64,000 bases of DNA. Origin: Leucoraja ocellata. Lineage: Eukaryota. The position numbers were made by a program, and so were the translations under genes. This document shows positions 38,041 to 51,363 of the stretch, piece after piece. Under the pieces are notes generated by a model. That model searched no databases and was not told the DNA's origin. It saw only the letters and a program-made list of their open reading frames with translations. The stretch lies in contig JAWMAR010001182.1 of assembly GCA_036785375.1 (NCBI GenBank), positions 186,001-250,000 of the forward strand, given 5' to 3'. Every line of letters starts with the position of its first letter. Positions within the stretch are counted from its first letter, which is position 1.

Positions 38041-40286
38041 TCTCTCTAGCGATGCTGCCTGTCCCGCTGATTTGTTCCAGCTTTTTGTGTCTATCAAGGA
38101 TTAGTTTTGGCTACTACTTTGCCAACACTCGTTTTTCCCCAAATGAATAGATTTATGTCGATGCCTATATTTACCTGTAAGTGGCATTGCAATTTTGGTC
38201 ACCGCGAGAGCGTAGTTTCTATTTCAGGAGCGGAGTGTCAGTTTTGTTTTCCACGAAATCGACTAAAAAGCCAATTTTACTTGATAACCCACGTGCAAAT
38301 CTTGAGCAAGATAGTACCGCTTCTCATACATACCTTCCCGGTTGGATATCGTCGACGGTATTTTCATGGAACGCAAACAAAGTCAATAGACAATAGACAC
38401 TAGGTGCAGGAGTAGTCCATTCGGCCCTTCGTGCCAGCAGCGCCTTTCAATGCGATCATGGCTGATCACCCCCGTTCCTGCTTTCTCCCCATATCCCCTG
38501 ACTCCGTTATTTTTAAGAGCCCTATCTAGTTCTCTATTAAAATCATCCAGTGCACCGGCCACCACCGCCCTCTGAGGCAGAAACTTCCACAGACTCACCA
38601 CGCTCAGTGAGAAAAAGTGTTTTGTCGTCTCCGTTCTAAATGGTTTACTCCTAATTCTTAAACTGTGGCCCCTGGTTCTGGACTCCCCAAACACCTGGAA
38701 CATGTTTCCTGCCTCCAGCGTGTCTAAAACCTTAACAATCTTATATGTTTGAAAGAGATACCCTCTCATCCTTCCAAACTCCAGAGTGTACAAACCCAGC
38801 TGCTCCATTCTCTCAGCATATGACAGTCCCGCCATCCCGGGAATTAACCTTGTAAACCTACGCTGGGCTCCTTCAATACTAAGAAGGTCCTTCATCAAAT
38901 TAGGGGACCAAAACTACACACAATACTCTAGGTGTGGTCTCAGTAGGGCTCCGTAAAACTGCAGAATTACCTCTTTGCTCCTACATTCGATCCCTCTTGT
39001 TATAAAGGCCAACATGCCATTCGCTTTCTTCACTGCCTGCTGTACCGGCATGCTTACTTTTATAGACCGATGTACAAGGACCACCCTGATCCCCGTTGTA
39101 CTTCCCCTAAGTCAATTATTTAAAATGTCGCAGACTCCCGCCTATGTGTCGAACGACATACCGTGAACGGTAGGAATTATGAAGCGTTTCACGGATGCGA
39201 ATAGCCCACGAAGTATTTTTGCCGTCACTGCGGCAAACATCACCTAGGATCATAGATTCTGATGGGATTATTTACTACTAATCACCACTGACATAAAAAC
39301 CAGTGTCCGAGAAATCACAAATATAAAGAGTGATCGAATCGAGGGCAGGGAGTAAATGATGTCCAAGTAGTTTACTATCGAAAACTCAATTCCAGAAATA
39401 GCTGTACATTTGTTTTCTTGAGGGAGATGTATTTTAGGAAGCAGGTGAGGAAAGGGCGACGGGAACAGGCGACGTGAGCTTCTTTGGTAGCTGTATTATC
39501 TGTAGTCAAATGATTTAAACGATTCGCCCGTTCGCTGCCCGAAACTAACAAGCCAACCAAGGGAACAACTGGTAAAAGACCAACATCCGACTCCGCCGTG
39601 CACTGCTGTGCCACGAACTCCGCGATGCAGCGCAGTATAATTGATACTAAGTCGCCAGCAGATGGCGGTAGCCAGAATCTTTAAAACAAGCCACACCTTT
39701 TTCATAAATAATGGTTCACTCCCCCCATTCTCTCTCAATACATTAATACAACCGTCATCTCATTTCAACCTTGTTTCGAGTTTACTCTGTCTTTTTTTGA
39801 AGCATTCCTACCATTCTACCATGATAGTCAACTGAAACAATCAACGAGATATCCTCTCATGAGTTGTTATTTGGAGAGCGCCATCACATACCGAATGTCC
39901 CCTCTGACTCTCCTATACTGCAGCGTTCTTCGCCCCGCAAACTACTTGCGTCCAGTTGGTTTTGTCAACTTGCGAATTGTGTCTCACGTTTTTACCTAAC
40001 TGTATCTGGTGAAAAATAACACAGTGGGAGCCATGTGTTTAATGACGCAGGTTTAACTATTCTCTGTCATTAATAACTGTGGGAGTTGTTCTAAATAAAT
40101 ATAAATGTATTGGATTAATTGTTCACCGCAGTGGAATCCTTTTGATTGGTGTTCTGCACGGAAATGACATCAGTCCAGCTTCAGCCTATGTACTCAGCTA
40201 TTTGTACTTCTTATTGCTACAACAGTTGCGAGGTTATCTATACGAATTTGACGCTCAAACGATCACAGTATCCGCGAGCAGTTAAA

Positions 40287-43200
40287 ATGCAACTATTTGC
40301 ACCCGTTACATTGGTTGCACTGATTATCGGTAAGAAAATTAAATCTTTTTTATGAAGTTTGGTTTATCGTCAAAAAGAAGACATTAAAAAAAAATCAGAT
40401 GCCCCGTTAAACATTTATAGAACTGTCCGTCCTTCCACCGCCATTTCTGTAACTTAAAAGGGGCTTGATTCGTTGTCCTTGTTCTGATGAAGCGTTGTGA
40501 ATTATTAACAGTTTTTTTTTCTGCCACGGATGCTGGCTGACCTGGTGAGTGTTTCGGGATTTCCTGTTTTTAGTTTAGATTTTTGCCAGTGGAAGCTATT
40601 GGAGGATAGAATTACTACTTTTAAAATATATTTGGCCAGACATATGGATACTTTGGTCTTTGGAGAACTATGGAGTAAATACTTGCAAATGAAAACATCC
40701 CAGTTCGCCAAATGGATCAGAATAGACAAAGAAGGCCTCCTAATTCTGCAGTTGTACAGGGCCCTAGTGAGACCACACTTGCAGTAGTGTATGTAGATTT
40801 GGTCCTCTAATTTGTGGGAGGACTTTCCTGCTATTGAGGGAGTGCAGCGTAGGTTTACAAGGTTGATTCCCGGGATGGCAGGACTGTCATATGCTGAGAG
40901 AATGGAGCAGCTGGGCTTGTACATTCTGAAGTTTAGGAGGATGAGAGAGCATCTCATTGAAACATATAAGATTCTTAAGGGCTTGGACACAGTAGAGGCA
41001 GGAACCATGCTCCCGATGTTGTGGGAGTCCAGAACTAGGGGCCACAGTTTAAGAATAAGGAGTAAGCCATTTAGAGCGGAGACGAGGAAACACTTTTTCT
41101 CACAGAGAGTGGTGAGTCTGTGGAATTCTCTGCCTCAGAGGGCAGTGGAGGCCTGTTCTCTGGATGCTTTCAAGAGAGAGCTAGATAGGACTCTTAAAAA
41201 ATAGCGGAGTCAGGGGATATGGGGAGAAAGCAGGGACGGGGTACTGATTGGGGATGATCAGCCATGAGCACATTGAATGACGGTGCTGGCTCGAAAGGCC
41301 AAATGGCCTACTCCTGCACCTATTGTCTATTGTCTATTGGTCTGTTTCCGTTCCGCACAGATCCATGACTCAACGACTTATGGTCCACTTTTGCAACTTT
41401 GCACAAAGCATAGTGCTCGATTCGAAACCTCTGACCCACGAGGAAATTAAATGGATAACACATTAAGACTTTTTTGGACAATAACCGAAGATGTATCCGA
41501 AGACATTGTGGGGAAACAAGAGAGGTTTTTTTTGGGAGCCCTGGTTTAAATTTACGAGTCGTATTTAAATGCTGGATAGCTTCCGGAAGACTGATGGGTG
41601 ACAAATGTTGTGACTCTATTCAATAAGGGCGGCAGGGTAGGAGCTGGTCACTGAAGGCCAGTGCGCTTAACATCTTTAGTTGGAAAGTTACTCGACAGTA
41701 TTCTAACGGATAAGATGTACATGCATTTAGACGGATAAGGGCTGATTATGGATAGTCAGAATGAGTGTGAACGTGGGAAGTCGTGTCTCATAAATTTGAT
41801 TGTGTTTTTTTGGAAGACATGACCGAAAAGGTCGATGAGCGGATTGCAAGTTGCAGATATTGTATATATGGACGTCAGCAAAGCATTCGACAAGATTCCG
41901 CACAGATAGGCTACTCTGGAAGGTAAGATCGCATGGGATCCAAGGAGAGGCAGCTGAATGCAAAGAAAATTGGCTTCATCGAAGGAAGCAGAGGGTGGTG
42001 GCACAAGGAGGCTTCTCGGACTGGATGCCTGTAACCAGTGGTGTGCCTCAGGATTCGGAGCTCGGCCCGTTACTGTTTCTCATCAATATCAATGATTTGG
42101 ATGAGAACATACACGGCAAGATTGGCAGGTTTGCTGATAATACATAAATGGGTAGTTTTACATACAGTGAGATGGTTGTGCAAATTTGCAATAGGATCTT
42201 GATCGATTGGCCAGGTGGGCTGAGGAATGGTTGATGGAATTTAATACAGAGAAATGTGTGGTGTTACATTTTGGGACGTCGAACATGTGCGGGTCCTGCT
42301 CAATGAATGATAGGGATCCAGGGAATGTTGTATAGAAGAGGAATCTGGGAGTACAGGCGCATGGTTCAATGATTGTGGAGTCGCGCAAGGCGTGTGGCAT
42401 ATTGGCCTTCATAAGTCAGAGTATTAAGTATAGACGTTGGGAGTTCATGTTGCAGTTGTATAAGACGTGGATAAGGCCGCACATAGAGTATTGTGTTCAG
42501 TTCCGGGCAACATGTTATAGGAAAGGTGTTGTCAAGCTGAAAAGGGCTCAGAGAAGATTGACAAAGATATTTCCAGGGTTAGATTGCCTGAGCTGTCGGG
42601 GGAGATTGAGTATGTTGGGACTCCGTTGTTTGGAGCGCAATAGAATGAGGGCTAATATTGTTGACTTGCGTAAAATCACAAAATTAATAGACAAGGTAGA
42701 TACACAGAGTCTCTTGCCCAGAGTAGGTGAATCGAGGGCCAGAGGATATGGATTTCGGTCAAGACGAAAAGATTTAACAGGAGGTAACTTTTACACACAA
42801 AGAGTGATGGGTGTATGAAACAAGCTGGCAGAGGAGGTAGTTAAGGCAAGGACGATAACAACATTTAAGAAACAGTTAGAAAGGTACATGGTTAGGTCAT
42901 GTTTGGAGGGATATGGACAAAACGCGGGCAGGTGGAACGAATGTAGCTGGGACTTGTAGGCCGATGTGGGCAAATTGGGCCGAAGGGTTGTTTCCACACT
43001 GTACCACTCTATGTCTCTATAATCGCCATTAGATTATTACCACCAGAATGAATGCGGTATTATTCTCCAGTAAGCAAACAGCTAATTAAGGTGTTGCATA
43101 GAGGAAAAGGGACCAGCTCAGTATCAATTTACCAACATGCTGCATGGATTAGCAATAAGGAGAAGTTGAAAAAAACTTGCAATGTTTTCTCGGGAATGTC

Positions 43201-44703
43201 GAAAGCTGGAGACCTTATAGGAGTACATCAAATTACGAGGCGCATAGCCTGTGGGAACATTGTTTTCCCAGGGTAGAAATCCCGTGAATAAGAGGGGGTT
43301 GCATTAAGGTGAGAGGGACGAAATTTCAAGCAGTGGTGTAGTGTAGGTATTGTTTTTACACAGAGTGTGCTGTGTACATGAAACTGGTACGGTGGTCGAG
43401 CCGTGTAAGATAGTGGCATTTAAGGATTTACGGAGCGGCACGTGGCTAGGCAGGGAACGGTACAAGCGGCAAATGAGATTCGTTTATCTACGTCATCCTC
43501 GAAACGGATATTGTGCGCTGAAGGATCTATTTATGTGCTACACTCTTCTCTGTTCTGTGTTCTAATTTCAACTTATGGTTTTACATATCACATAACTGAT
43601 AAACCCAGCGGGATATAGAGGAGAACAATATTATGTGGAATGCTTGGGTGACTTTTTGTAGTGTTACAAACTCTAGCAAATAGTGTACCAGGTATTGTAT
43701 AAATAGGTGGTCACTGCGAGTGAAATGTGGGAATGTAAGTTGAGTATGTCAAAGGGAGGTGTGGAGGTATGTCCTGGGATTGATGCTCGCGCATTCCTAT
43801 TTACCCATGAATCACAATTCTACTCTGTACGTTCAGTTTAATTTAGTTTAGAGACACAGCGCGGATACAGGCCATTCGGCCCACCGAGTTCTCACAGACT
43901 AACCATCACCGCACATTAATACCATCCTGCACGAGGGCCATTTATTTTTTGTTTATACCAAGCCAATTAACCTACAAACCTGTACGTCTTAGACTGTGGG
44001 TGGAAACGGAAGTGCTCGGAGTGGCCCCACGCAGGTCACGGGAAAAATCGTACCAACTCCGTACAGACAAGCACCCGTAGCCAGGATCGAGCCCAGGTAA
44101 GTGCTGTAAGGCAGCAACTCTACCGCTGCACCACTGTGCCGCCCTATATTTATTCCACAGCTATTGCCCGCTCCGAATCCTGCTTCTTCTTCTTATTCTT
44201 GCGTATGGCGTGCACAGTCTAAAGTTGTAGGCCAACGTGTTCTATTTGATCTTATTTGATTGTGGCACGCCAGGTTCATTGCACTCGTTGAAACAGGGCG
44301 GACCACGTGAAGGTTGCAATCTGCCACACCCAAATCCTGCAAGCATTATTTAAATCCAATCTAATGATCCATGTCACGCTTTTTTCAACTGTGTTCCAGG
44401 TCAGAGCAATGGAAACGTTGTGTCTCAGAGGGATCCCACGCTGACAAGGGCAGAAGGAGAAACTGCAACTTTAGTCTGCACATACACCAGCGATATGTCT
44501 TCCTTATTCTGGTACCGCCAGTACCCAAGCAAGCGACCGGAAGTTGCGGTCGGGCGTTTCATCGAAGGCAATTTAGATTTCAAGGCAGAATTCGCTCGGA
44601 CCCGCATTTCTCATTACGTTCAGCGTTCAAGAAAAACGTATCATTTGGCAATCTCGGATTTGCAGCTGTCTGACACGGCGGTATATCTTTGTGCACTGAG
44701 GCT
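40287..44703 (+). CDS. TCR V segment V-b2 (duplicate of V-b1); leader 40287-40329, V exon 44400-44703
   Basis: Same leader and splice sites; V exon differs by one residue (KTYHL vs KTYYL); intron about 4.07 kb. Confidence 0.92.
40725..43010 (+). mobile_element. Two CR1 fragments in the V-b2 intron (40725-41340; about 41590-43010)
   Basis: ORFs 40812, 41851 and 42369 encode CR1 RT and C-terminal motifs. Confidence 0.88.
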
Positions 44704-44742
44704 CACAATGATGGGAGTGGGCTGGGGCCTCGTACAATAACT
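44704..44742 (+). promoter_or_regulatory. 23-RSS of V-b2
   Basis: CACAATG + 23 nt + ACAATAACT. Confidence 0.92.
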
Positions 44743-47700
44743 GCCGGAGATTTCCAATACATGCAGCATGTGCGCTGCTTACAACAGAGGCCGAGACACT
44801 GACGCAGGAACATTACAATATTGTACTTGATAAGTGGAATAACGGGAACGGCCAAATAGTGTATTTGTCGCTATTAAAAAGGCTTCCCGCATGGACATGG
44901 GGATTTGTATTATCCGCGTTTAATGGCGGCCACATTCCGGATAACTGAAATGACTGGCTGTGTTAGTTCTGCACAGGACAGCGGAATCAGTACATCGGTA
45001 GATTGCAAACAGCTAAAAACGATTGTGTCGAAAAATAGATATGGTGGGGAAGGAAAGGTGGGAATACAACTTCCGCTGTAAACTATTGGAAAATAATCAT
45101 ACATGCACCTTGTTGGTTCGATGGATTGGTTTATTGCTCCACCGGGTGGCGCCAGCAATGGCTGCCTCGCCTAAAGTCTGTTCGTCCTTTCTTTCCTTTG
45201 TGTTCGATAGTATGTGTTAAATGTACGTTTTTAGTGTTCTTTAGCCTGTTTTATGTGGGAGTGGGGGGGGGGGGTGGAGGGGGGGGCGGTTGGAGGAAAC
45301 TTTGGAGGAGAGGGATGGTGGCTGTGCCTTGGTTTTTACCCAATAAGTGACACGCCGTTTGTAACGGCGCCCCCTGCCTTGTCTGCTGCTCTGATCCCTG
45401 TCACTGACTGATCGATCTGAGATTGGTCACAGCTGGGTCCAATTAGTTGATATTCGTTGAGCACTTGAATCATTTGAATCACTTGAACCAATCCCAGCGT
45501 CGTCGCACATGCGCCTTGATGGCGAGGGACAGTGCCCCCATGCGGTTGATAATTATGTAAGTAAAACATATCACGTAATTTCACTCTACTGCAATTGGCG
45601 GTGTGGTTCTTGGCGAAGGCTGCCGTCATCACCGCCCGTACAACTTTCTTTGAACTAAATCACAAAGAGGGACTTCGTTGGTTAGGCAGCATCTGTGGAA
45701 GGCATGGACAGACTACTTTCTTGGCCAGGACCGTTCTTCAGACCCTATCGTTTCGCTCCCCAGATGATGTTTAGTCTGCTGAGTTGCTCCAGCACATTCA
45801 ATTTTGCACAAGATTCCAGAATCTGCCGTTTCATGTGTATTTACTCTTCTGGCCACCTTTGGATTGGATTCAATTTATTGTCATTGTCTCGTTAGAGACA
45901 ACGCAATGGATTTTACAGTCATAATTTGTTTGTTTTTTAAAGCACAAACACAGAAGTCCACGACACAACATTCCCACAGCGGCACCAACGTTAGGGAAGG
46001 AACAAAACTCCAGTCAGCCTCCTCGCTGATCTTCCCAGATGTTCACCCGTGGTCGGGGCCTCCCGCGCGCCCCGTAGTCGCCGCGTCGGGCGGCCCGATG
46101 CTCAGGCCATCTCGCCGGGAATGATAGCACCCCGACGTCGAACCCCGACGAAGAACATCCTCAGCGGTCCCGGCCTCCAAATCAGCCACCTCCCAGCGGA
46201 GTACGCAGCTCAAGGCGCGTGCCTTCTCTCCTTTCCGGTTTGACGTAAAAGTTTAAATGTGTCTATCAGCACACGGATGCGGCCTGACCTGCTAAGTATT
46301 TCCATCGTTTTCTGTTTTATTATGAAACATAGAAATTAGGTGCAGGAGTTAGCCATTCGAGCCTGTACCGCCATGCAATATGACAATGGATGATCATCCA
46401 ACTCAGCATCCCATCCCTGCCTTCTCTCCATATTCCCTGATCCCTTTAGCCACCAGGGCCACATCCAAATCCCTCTTAAATATAGCCAATGAACTGGCCT
46501 CAACTACCTTCTGTGGCAGAGAATTCCACAGATTCACCACTCTCTGTGTGAAGAATGATTTTCTCATCCCGGTCCTAAAATACTTCCCCCTTATCCTTAA
46601 ACTGTGACCCCTAGTTGGGACTTCCCCAACATCGGGAATAATCTTCCTGCATCTGGCGTGTCCATGCACGGGTGATAGCAGAAAGCCACTTTGCCTCCGC
46701 AGGCCATTGCCATTCGTGAATAGGGTACCGCTCAGTGACGTAGAGATGGGAAAACATAAGTTCATTAAAGTAAGATTAAATTATAATTCATTCCACGGAT
46801 GGCAATGGCTTGCGGAGGCCAAGTGGCTTTCTGCTATCATCCGTGCATGGACAAATGATTGTGTCCACGTGCACACAGATATTGAGTAATTACAGACGTT
46901 GATGGGGACATGTTAAGCGATCGACCGTTATTCGGGCGCTCTCAGACTCGCCTCAAATTGAACCCGCTGATCTTTAATTCAAGACATGTTTAACGGTTGG
47001 ATCAGAGAGTCACTTTGCCGTTTGCTGCATCGGGCACTCTGCAGTCCAAAACAACTGCTGGCCGGTTAGAAACACAAATTTCACAAAACCACTTGCGTAC
47101 AGTTCCAACACGTATCCGTGGCAGCAAACTGCTGCAGTAGGTAAGGCGGTTCACAGCCAGAGCAGAGGAAGGAACTGAGGGCGGGGCGGATTGGTGCTGG
47201 TGCCAACTGTCGGAAACTGTTAGCTGCAGCTGGTGATTGTGCGCGGGAGGTTGGAGACGGAAGTTGTTGATTTGCAAGAGTGGTTGTGACCCAATTGTTG
47301 CCACCGGGAGACTGACAAATAGCAGATGGGGGAGGGGAAAGTTAAATAACCTGCAGCACATTGGGGCGGCGGTCGAGTTTCTGCCCGCGAGCGCTCAAAC
47401 CTCCAGAGACCCGGGTTCGATTCCGACTACGGGTGTTGTCTGTGGGGAGTTTGTACGTCGTCCCCGTGACAGCGTGGGTCTTCTCCAAGATCGTCGGCTT
47501 GCTTCCACACTCCATATATAGGACGTATTGGTTTGTATGTTAATAGGCTTGGTATAAATTTAAATGTGTCCCTAGTATGCGTAGGATAGTGTTAGTGTGC
47601 AGGGGATCAAGGTCGCCGCGGACACGGTGGGACAAAATACCCCCTTTCCGCGGTATATCTGTAAACTAAAAACTATCCTCAGCTAATAAACATAGAAAAC

Positions 47701-49714
47701 ATAGAAAATAGATGCAGGAGTAGGCCATTCGGCCCAATAGCAGGAATAGCGCCCGGTGTCGCTCCTCTCTACATGAAATGTATATCCACACGATTACATA
47801 CAACGCAGGCAGACGTTGCCTGTGTTACTGCTCGGCCAGCAACGCAGTGTTTTGGTAGAGAAACTCCAGTTGTATAGGGATCTGGCGAGACCACAAATGG
47901 AGTATCGTGTACAGTTTTGGTATCCTAATTTGAGGAAGGACATCCTTGTGATTGAGGCAGTGCAGCCTAGGTTCACGAGATTGATCCCTGGGATGGCGGG
48001 ACGGTCATATGAGGGACGATTGAAAAGACTAGGCTTATATTCACTGCAGTTTAGAAGGATGAGGGGCATTCTTATAGAAACATATAAAATTATAAAAGGA
48101 CTGGACAAGCTAGATGCAGGAAAAATGTTCCCAATATGGGGCGAGTCCAGAACCAGGGGCCATGGTTTTAGAATCAAAGGGAGGCCATTTAAGACTGAAG
48201 TGGGAATAAACTTTTCATCCAGAGAGTTGTGAATTTATGGAATTCCCTGCCACAGATGGTGTCCAAGTCACTGGATGAATTTAAGAGAGAGTTAGATATA
48301 GCTCTAGGGGCTAGTGGAGTCAAGGGATATGGGGAGAAGGCAAGTACGGGTTATTGATAGGGGACGATCACCCATGACCACAGTGAATGGCGGTGCTGGC
48401 TCGAAGGGCCGAATGGCCTCCTCCTGCACATATTCTCTATGTTTCTATCATGTTCCGACATCATGGCATAAAAGTGTCCGACTGACGATGGCGACTTACA
48501 CATAGAAACATAGAAAGTAGATGCAGGAGTAGGCCATTCGGCCCTTCGAGCCTGCACCGCCATTCAATATGATCATGGCTGATCATCCAACTCAGTATCC
48601 TGTACCTGCCTTCTCTCCATACCCCTTGATCCCTTTAGCCACAAGGGCCACATCTAACTCCCTCTTAAATATAGCCAATGAACTGGCCTCAACTACCTTC
48701 TGCGGCAGAGAATTCCAGAGATTCACCACTCCCTGTGTGAAAAAAAGCTTTCCTCATCTCGGTCCTAAAGGATTTCCATCTCATCCTTAAACTGTGACCC
48801 CTTGTGCTGGACTTCCCCAACATCGGGAACAACCTTTCTGCATCTAGCCTGTCCAACCCATTAAGAATTTTGTAAGTTTCTATAAGATCCCCCCACAATC
48901 TTCTAAATTCTAGCGAGTACAAACCGAGTCTATCCAGTCTTTCTTCATATGAAAGTCTTGACATCCCAGGAATCAGTCTGGTGAACCTTCTCTGTACTCC
49001 CTCTATGGCAAGAATGTCTTTCCTCAGATTAGGAGACCAAAACTGTAAGCAATACTCCAGGTGTGGTCTCACCATGACCCTGTACAACTGCAGTAGAACC
49101 TCCCTGCTCCTATACTCAAATCCTTTTGCTATGAATCCACATTTGCCCACAGAATAAATAACTGTCCACTAACATCCTTCAAATGCAGTGGAAAGCCCAA
49201 CACCTGGTCCGCACGGGCCCTACATTATGGGCACAAACGATCTCTTAAATAAATATGACGCCTGCAGAGAAAATGCAGGTTAACTAAAAGTGCAAGAGTC
49301 GCAGCAAGGTAGACTGGGAAATCGGAAATAAATCCTTGGCTTACGCGAGGTCCACTCAAGAGTCTTACAATTGCAGGGAAGAAACTGTCCTTGAATCTAG
49401 TAGTTTTAAGCATTTGCCTCTTCTGTCGGAGAGGAAGAGGGAGGAGAGAAAAGATCTAACGTTTGACGAGAGCTTTGATTGTGTCAGGTGCTCTCCTGCT
49501 GCTGATGCCTTCTTGTAGATTTTCCTCTATCAGAGCACTTCCGCACACATTTCGTTTGCGTGAGATGGGGATGACAATATAACCACCGTTTTATTGGTGG
49601 CCTGCACAAAGTGACGTGAGGCTAGCTCCCACCAGCGCTCTCAATTCTGCCTGACGGACGCACTGAAGGTATTCAGGAGAGACAGCAAAGTTGGTGCCGC
49701 CACGGGGATCGAAG

Positions 49715-51324
49715 ATGCGCCTCATGGTACAAACTGTCATGTTGGCGACATTCATTATCAGTAAGAATTTTCATTGTATTAAACAGCGGCGTTTTTGCAG
49801 AAAGATGGCTTCGGTCAACTGCTGTGGCTCATTTGTTGGACCAGACCTACAATCCAACACGTATTCTGGGTCTCCAGTAAGAAAAATATGTTTAAGAGTT
49901 TAATGGTTGAACGAGCAATGCAATCGACATTGGAAGAGTTGCAGCTCCGTAGCATTGAAATTCCGTGTTCAAAATGTATCATGGGTGACTAAGCCGCATT
50001 CCGTGCATTGTGTTCTGTTTGGGAAGAATGCTACGGGAAGAGTGTCATTCTGCTGGACTGCGTCTATAGATGGTTTGCCCATTCCCTGAAAGCGTGTATA
50101 GATGGATTACAACGACATTGACCGAATTTGATCGCTTGAGATATATGGAGCGGTTGGACAGTGTGAGACTTTATTCCTTGAAGCGCAGAGCTGAACTTAT
50201 GGAGGTGCATTAAATTATAAGGAAAATAGATAGGATGAATGCACCGTTTTCCTTCACCAAGAGAAAGAGGTTCAATCTGATTTAGATCTAGATACAGATC
50301 TAAGCGGAGTCATTTTAGAGTAATCTGAGGGCTATTTTATTACTCAAAGGGTGGTCACTAGATTGAACTTGAGCTGCCGGGTAGTTGAGGCAAGTTCTAT
50401 AATTGCAGGAATTGGCAGGACAATAATTGTTCGGCACGGTCTTGTAGCGCCGAGATGGCCTGTTTCCGTGCTGTGATTATTATATGGTTATATGGTTATA
50501 TAATGGGCATCTGAAAAACACTTGGACAGGTACATCGAGGGGGGGGGGGGAGATATAAAGAGACGTCCGCCTATCGCGGTAACTGGGACCAACGTAGATG
50601 GGGCACCATAGTTGTCAAGGACGAGTTGGGTCGAAAGGTCTCTTTAATGGCAACCTCTTTCATGGTCTCTTTTATGTCTATTTGATTCTTTGGACGCCGG
50701 TAAATCATGCAGGAACGGACGGAATGTTCTTTATCAAAGAAATATGTAACGGCTCCACACCACGGGATTATAGAGCTAAATATTATAAATAAATCAAACA
50801 GATTCCAGAATAGAACACGAGGGGAGAGTGGTGTGTGATCGATGGCGGTGCACTGGGCCGAAAGAGGAAGTGAGCGTCAGGATAAACTTGCCCGTCTGTG
50901 AGATATGCAAGGACTGACTATCTGCCGTAAATACAATTGTTGTTGTCACATATTCGTTCACGGTCTTTTGAGGTCAGTTTTTGATGATTTAAGTCAAATA
51001 AACGCTCCGCTTAACGCGTTGCAGGTCGGGGTGATGCTGATTCCGTGACCCAAGAGAAGACTTCTCTGACGCATACAGAGGGGGAAAACGCCATTTTAAC
51101 ATGCACCTTTGCCAAGGATGGTTACTACTTGTTCTGGTACCGGCAGTACCCCAACGGTCACCCGGAGTTTCTGCTCCGGAGATACACTGACGGACAGTAT
51201 GACGAGAAGGCGGATTTCGCTCGTGAGCGGTTTTCTGACGAAATTCAGCAGTCAACGAAAACATATCAGATGACTATTTCGGAACTACGGCTGTCTGACA
51301 CGGCGATGTATTACTGTGCAATCG
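49715..51324 (+). CDS. TCR V segment V-c2 (duplicate of V-c1); leader 49715-49760, V exon 51025-51324
   Basis: Leader MRLMVQTVMLATFII plus GTAAGA donor; intact V exon ending SDTAMYYCAI. Confidence 0.93.
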
Positions 51325-51363
51325 CACAGTGTTGGGAACGGCGTGCAGACTCGTACAATAACT
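51325..51363 (+). promoter_or_regulatory. 23-RSS of V-c2
   Basis: CACAGTG + 23 nt + ACAATAACT. Confidence 0.95.
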
